From positions 83,512 through 147,511 of the forward strand of contig JALCRV010000005.1 in the NCBI GenBank assembly GCA_022652945.1: DNA of 64,000 bases. Direction: 5' to 3'. A program made the position numbers and the translations under genes. This stretch comes from Bacilli bacterium. Lineage in GTDB: Bacteria > Bacillota_I > Bacilli_A > RFN20 > CAG-288. Every line of letters begins with the position of its first letter. The stretch's first letter is position 1. The notes under the pieces are model-generated. The model had not been told where the DNA came from, searched no databases, and saw only the letters and a list, made by a program, of their open reading frames with translations. Positions 61,401-64,000 of this stretch are shown here, piece after piece.

Positions 61401-61707
61401 TTCTTCTTACGGACATGATGATCACCGTTCTTTCCATAAGGATGGGGATTCCTCTTATAGAGGTGGCCATTCCTCTTACGGGCATGACGATCATCGTTCT
61501 TTCCATAAGGATGGGGATTCCTCTTATAGAGGTGGCCATTCTTCTTACGGACATGATGACCATCGTTCCTTCCATAAGGATGGAGGTTCCTCTTATCGGG
61601 GCGGAAATTCTCGTGGCGGATATGCTTCCAGAGGACGTAGACCTTATAATAAGGACATGAAAGGTTCAGATCATGGCCATGGCGGAGAAGGACAAGAAGG
61701 CAAGTAA
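58405..61707 (+). CDS. rnr: Ribonuclease R with a ~360-aa repetitive low-complexity C-terminal extension
   Basis: The RNB catalytic domain is present ([44 protein letters not shown]), followed by an S1 domain, then S/Y/G/H/D/R-rich repeats. The start was placed at MEQKEF, and the track ORF starts 14 codons upstream. The 3' end overlaps smpB. Confidence 0.9.
   Translation: [1100 protein letters not shown]
61190..61615 (+). repeat. Six tandem 69-bp repeats within the rnr 3' region, each encoding [23 protein letters not shown]
   Basis: The TACGGACATGA(T/C)GA(T/C)CA(C/T)CGTTCCTTCCATAAGGA... units recur at 61201, 61270, 61339, 61408, 61477 and 61546. A degenerate copy lies at ~60990-61090. Confidence 0.85.
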
Positions 61708-62161
61708 AGGCGAGAAATTAATCGCTTCGAATCGCAAAGCCCATTTTAATTATTTCCTCTCAGATTATCTGGAGGTCGGGCTTTCCCTTTCCGGTACGGA
61801 AATTAAGTCCATCAGAGCTGGTCACTGCTCCCTTTCTGATTCCTATATTATGTTCAGAAACAACGAGGCTTTCGTCGTCGGAATGGATATCTCCCCTTAC
61901 GAAATGGGAAATATCTTCAATCACGAGCCGAAAAGAGACCGGAAAGTCCTGATGCATAAATCCGAAATCAGAAAGTATGAAGAAGCTATCAAAATCAAAG
62001 GCTATACTGTAGTTCCGGTTCGCTGCTACCTGAAAAGAGGTAAGGCGAAACTGGAAATCGCTCTCGCTAAAGGCAAAGATATCTACGACAAGAGAGACAC
62101 GATCAAGGATCGCGATATCAAGCGCAAGATCTCTGAAGCCATGAAGGAAAAGAACGGATAA
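61673..62161 (+). CDS. smpB: SsrA-binding protein SmpB
   Basis: IASNRKAHFNYFLSDYLEVGLSLSGTEIKSIR...VVPVRCYLKRGKAKLEIALAKGK is the SmpB fold with its C-terminal basic tail. The gene overlaps the rnr 3' end by about 35 nt in another frame. Confidence 0.9.
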   Translation: MAMAEKDKKASKGEKLIASNRKAHFNYFLSDYLEVGLSLSGTEIKSIRAGHCSLSDSYIMFRNNEAFVVGMDISPYEMGNIFNHEPKRDRKVLMHKSEIRKYEEAIKIKGYTVVPVRCYLKRGKAKLEIALAKGKDIYDKRDTIKDRDIKRKISEAMKEKNG

Positions 62162-62180
62162 TTAGTCTAAGGAGACTTAT

Positions 62181-63062
62181 ATGGAAGTAAGTAAAAGAGC
62201 CACTTCTCACCTTCTAGTCAGAAGGTTGACTTACTCAGCGGTGATGATCGCTTTAAGCGTCATTTTAACGCGGGTCCCCTTTTTGACCTTTTATATTCCG
62301 GGAGCTACGTGGCTGAGAATCGGCTTCGGTTCGATTCCTATCGTGGTTTCATCTTTGATTTGCGGGCCTTTTTGGGGCGGATTGGTCGGAGGAGCCGCGG
62401 ATGCCATCGGTGCATTATTAATGCCGGCTGGCGATTACTTCTTCGGTTACACCATCGATTCAGCTTTAGAAGGGATTATCCCTTGGCTGGTGATGCGTTT
62501 ATTTAAAGGAAGGGAGAAAGGTGAGACGCTTTCTTATCTTGCCCTTTCTAGTACCATCGTTGCTATCGTCATCGCTTTCTTATCTCTTTTCTCGACTTTT
62601 AAGAAGCAGACTATCTATCTGTGGGCGAAAATTCTGATTCCCTGCGGATTCGCCGCCTTTTTTGTTATCTTTTACTTCGTGATTTTCTTTCTCTCCAAGA
62701 CCCATACTTTCGCCAAAGGCCAAAGAGAAGAAAGAAGATTTTCTTTCTTGGATATTTATCTGATTGCTTTATTTAATGAAGTAATCGTCGGAATTCTTTT
62801 AAAGAGCGGCTGGAATCTGATGTACGTCCAAGTCGGATATCTCTACTCCGCTTTCGCGGAAGCAATCCTTTTCCTGATAAACGGAACGATCAAGTCCTTC
62901 ATGGTCTTCTTTATTATCAATGCGGTCTTTAAAGCCGATCCCAATATGGTGATTTATCAAAAGAAAGCCGCCATTATCCAAAAGAAGCCTGAAGTTAACT
63001 CAGTGCAGCAAGAAAAGAAAGACGATATAAGCAACGACATCAAAAAAGAAAAAGGCGATTAA
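62181..63062 (+). CDS. ECF-transporter S-component-like membrane protein with a K-rich C-terminal tail
   Basis: The first ~190 aa contain 5-6 TM helices with the S-component-like N-terminus (RLTYSAVMIALSVILTR...). The C-terminal 60 aa are charged and Lys-rich. A rho-independent terminator lies at 63054-63080. Confidence 0.45.
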   Translation: MEVSKRATSHLLVRRLTYSAVMIALSVILTRVPFLTFYIPGATWLRIGFGSIPIVVSSLICGPFWGGLVGGAADAIGALLMPAGDYFFGYTIDSALEGIIPWLVMRLFKGREKGETLSYLALSSTIVAIVIAFLSLFSTFKKQTIYLWAKILIPCGFAAFFVIFYFVIFFLSKTHTFAKGQREERRFSFLDIYLIALFNEVIVGILLKSGWNLMYVQVGYLYSAFAEAILFLINGTIKSFMVFFIINAVFKADPNMVIYQKKAAIIQKKPEVNSVQQEKKDDISNDIKKEKGD

Positions 63063-63431
63063 AAAGATATCGCCTTTTTTCATCATTCCTTTCTTAGCAA
63101 AAATATCCATGGTCTTAAAAAAGGCCAGGCACATTAAGACAAAAGGCAAAACCCCGACAAAGCCGACAAAAAAGCCCGTCGGTAAACCGATAGTATAAAA
63201 GCAGATAGCGCAGATTAAAAGATCTATCGCTTCCAGAGAATCCATTATTACGAGAAAAAGATGATCTTTTTCTTCCTTATTCATCATGAGCATAATTATC
63301 TTTTCCCCTTAAAATAACCTTTCTTCCTAATTAATATACATCATTCATCGAAATATTTTTTGTTTGTCTCTTCTCTCTATTTAAAAAGAAGGTTTATACT
63401 TGAAGAAGATAGATTAACGGGAGGAAAAATT

Positions 63432-64000
63432 ATGTATCAAGAATTCCAACGCGGATGGATTGAGGTCATCACCGGGCCGATGTTCGCCGGCAAGTCGGAA
63501 GAGCTTTTAAGACGTATCAGAACCTTGAAGTATGCGAATAAGAACATCGTCTGCTTCAAACCCAGCATCGATGATCGTTATTCGGAAACCTCGATTGCTT
63601 CTCACGCTGGAGGCCGTTATAAGGCCTTCCCCGTCAAGAACGCCAAAGATATCCCCGCTTTAGTCCCAGAGAATACCGATGTCATCTGCATCGATGAAGT
63701 CCAGTTCTTCGGCGCGGAATTAATCCCCATCCTTGATTACTACGCCAATAAAGGAGTAAGAGTCATCGTCGCAGGCCTAGATCTCGATTTCAGAGGGGAG
63801 CCATTTGGAATCATGCCGACCTTATTAGCGAAAGCTGAGTTTGTCACCAAACTCACCGCCGCTTGTAAGATCTGCGGTGAAGCTGCCACCAGAACTCAAA
63901 GAATCATCAATGGCAAGCCAGCTTATTACGAAGATCCGGTCATCGTGGTCGGAGCGGCGGAATGCTATGAAGCCCGCTGCCGTAAGCATCATGAAGTCCC
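63432..64000 (+). CDS. tdk: Thymidine kinase. The gene continues past the window end.
   Basis: GWIEVITGPMFAGKSEELLRRI (P-loop), DEVQFF, and the C-terminal zinc-ribbon Cys residues (CKICG...CYEARC) are present. Confidence 0.9.
   Translation, partial: MYQEFQRGWIEVITGPMFAGKSEELLRRIRTLKYANKNIVCFKPSIDDRYSETSIASHAGGRYKAFPVKNAKDIPALVPENTDVICIDEVQFFGAELIPILDYYANKGVRVIVAGLDLDFRGEPFGIMPTLLAKAEFVTKLTAACKICGEAATRTQRIINGKPAYYEDPVIVVGAAECYEARCRKHHEV

Noticed and set aside
63000-63293. 97-aa hydrophobic minus-strand ORF overlapping the 3' end and terminator of the ECF-S-like gene
   Set aside because: It runs through the plus-strand terminator hairpin and 62 nt into the converging gene. AT-rich hydrophobic antisense ORFs are common artefacts. 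There is no RBS evidence.

Overview
The window looks like a chromosomal segment from a low-GC Gram-positive (Bacillota-like) genome using the standard genetic code. It has a housekeeping backbone whose gene order parallels Bacillus subtilis. On the minus strand: miaA(partial)-mutL-mutS ... ymcA-like/miaB(ymcB)-ymdB-rny. On the plus strand: secG-rnr-smpB, then tdk at the window end. A recognisable tmRNA (ssrA, 10941-11334) sits directly upstream of rny, 50 kb away from smpB. Immediately 3' of ssrA is a decayed integrative element: an integrase C-terminal fragment, a methyltransferase-like fragment, and about 1.7 kb of tiled, frame-broken ORFs. Downstream are accessory-looking genes: an ABC transporter, two XRE-HTH regulators with membrane domains, a NarL/LuxR-type two-component system with an extra membrane partner, two GH2-like paralogs, an HD-GYP-like protein, a DNPH1/Rcl-like gene plus dut, a glycerol operon (glpK-DUF1667-oxidoreductase-glpA-like), GH43, AKR, a copA-csoR copper module with a CsoR-box, and an HrcA/CIRCE-controlled hsp20. 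The most unusual locus is a tandemly duplicated, diverging two-gene cassette (A/B, 40372-44409). Its 5' ~345 bp (promoter, RBS and first ~200 nt of gene A) are near-identical between copies, the downstream parts have diverged, and copy 2 of gene A carries a single in-frame TAA. This resembles a diversifying toxin/immunity- or defence-like module of unknown function. Other notable features are a 360-aa C-terminal tail of RNase R built from six 69-bp tandem repeats, four iteron-like 23-bp direct repeats upstream of a UmuC-like/YolD-like pair, a copA with a C-terminal fused metal-binding (HMA) domain, and adjacent SHOCT-domain membrane proteins. All calls come from reading the translations and sequence motifs. 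No database searches were run.
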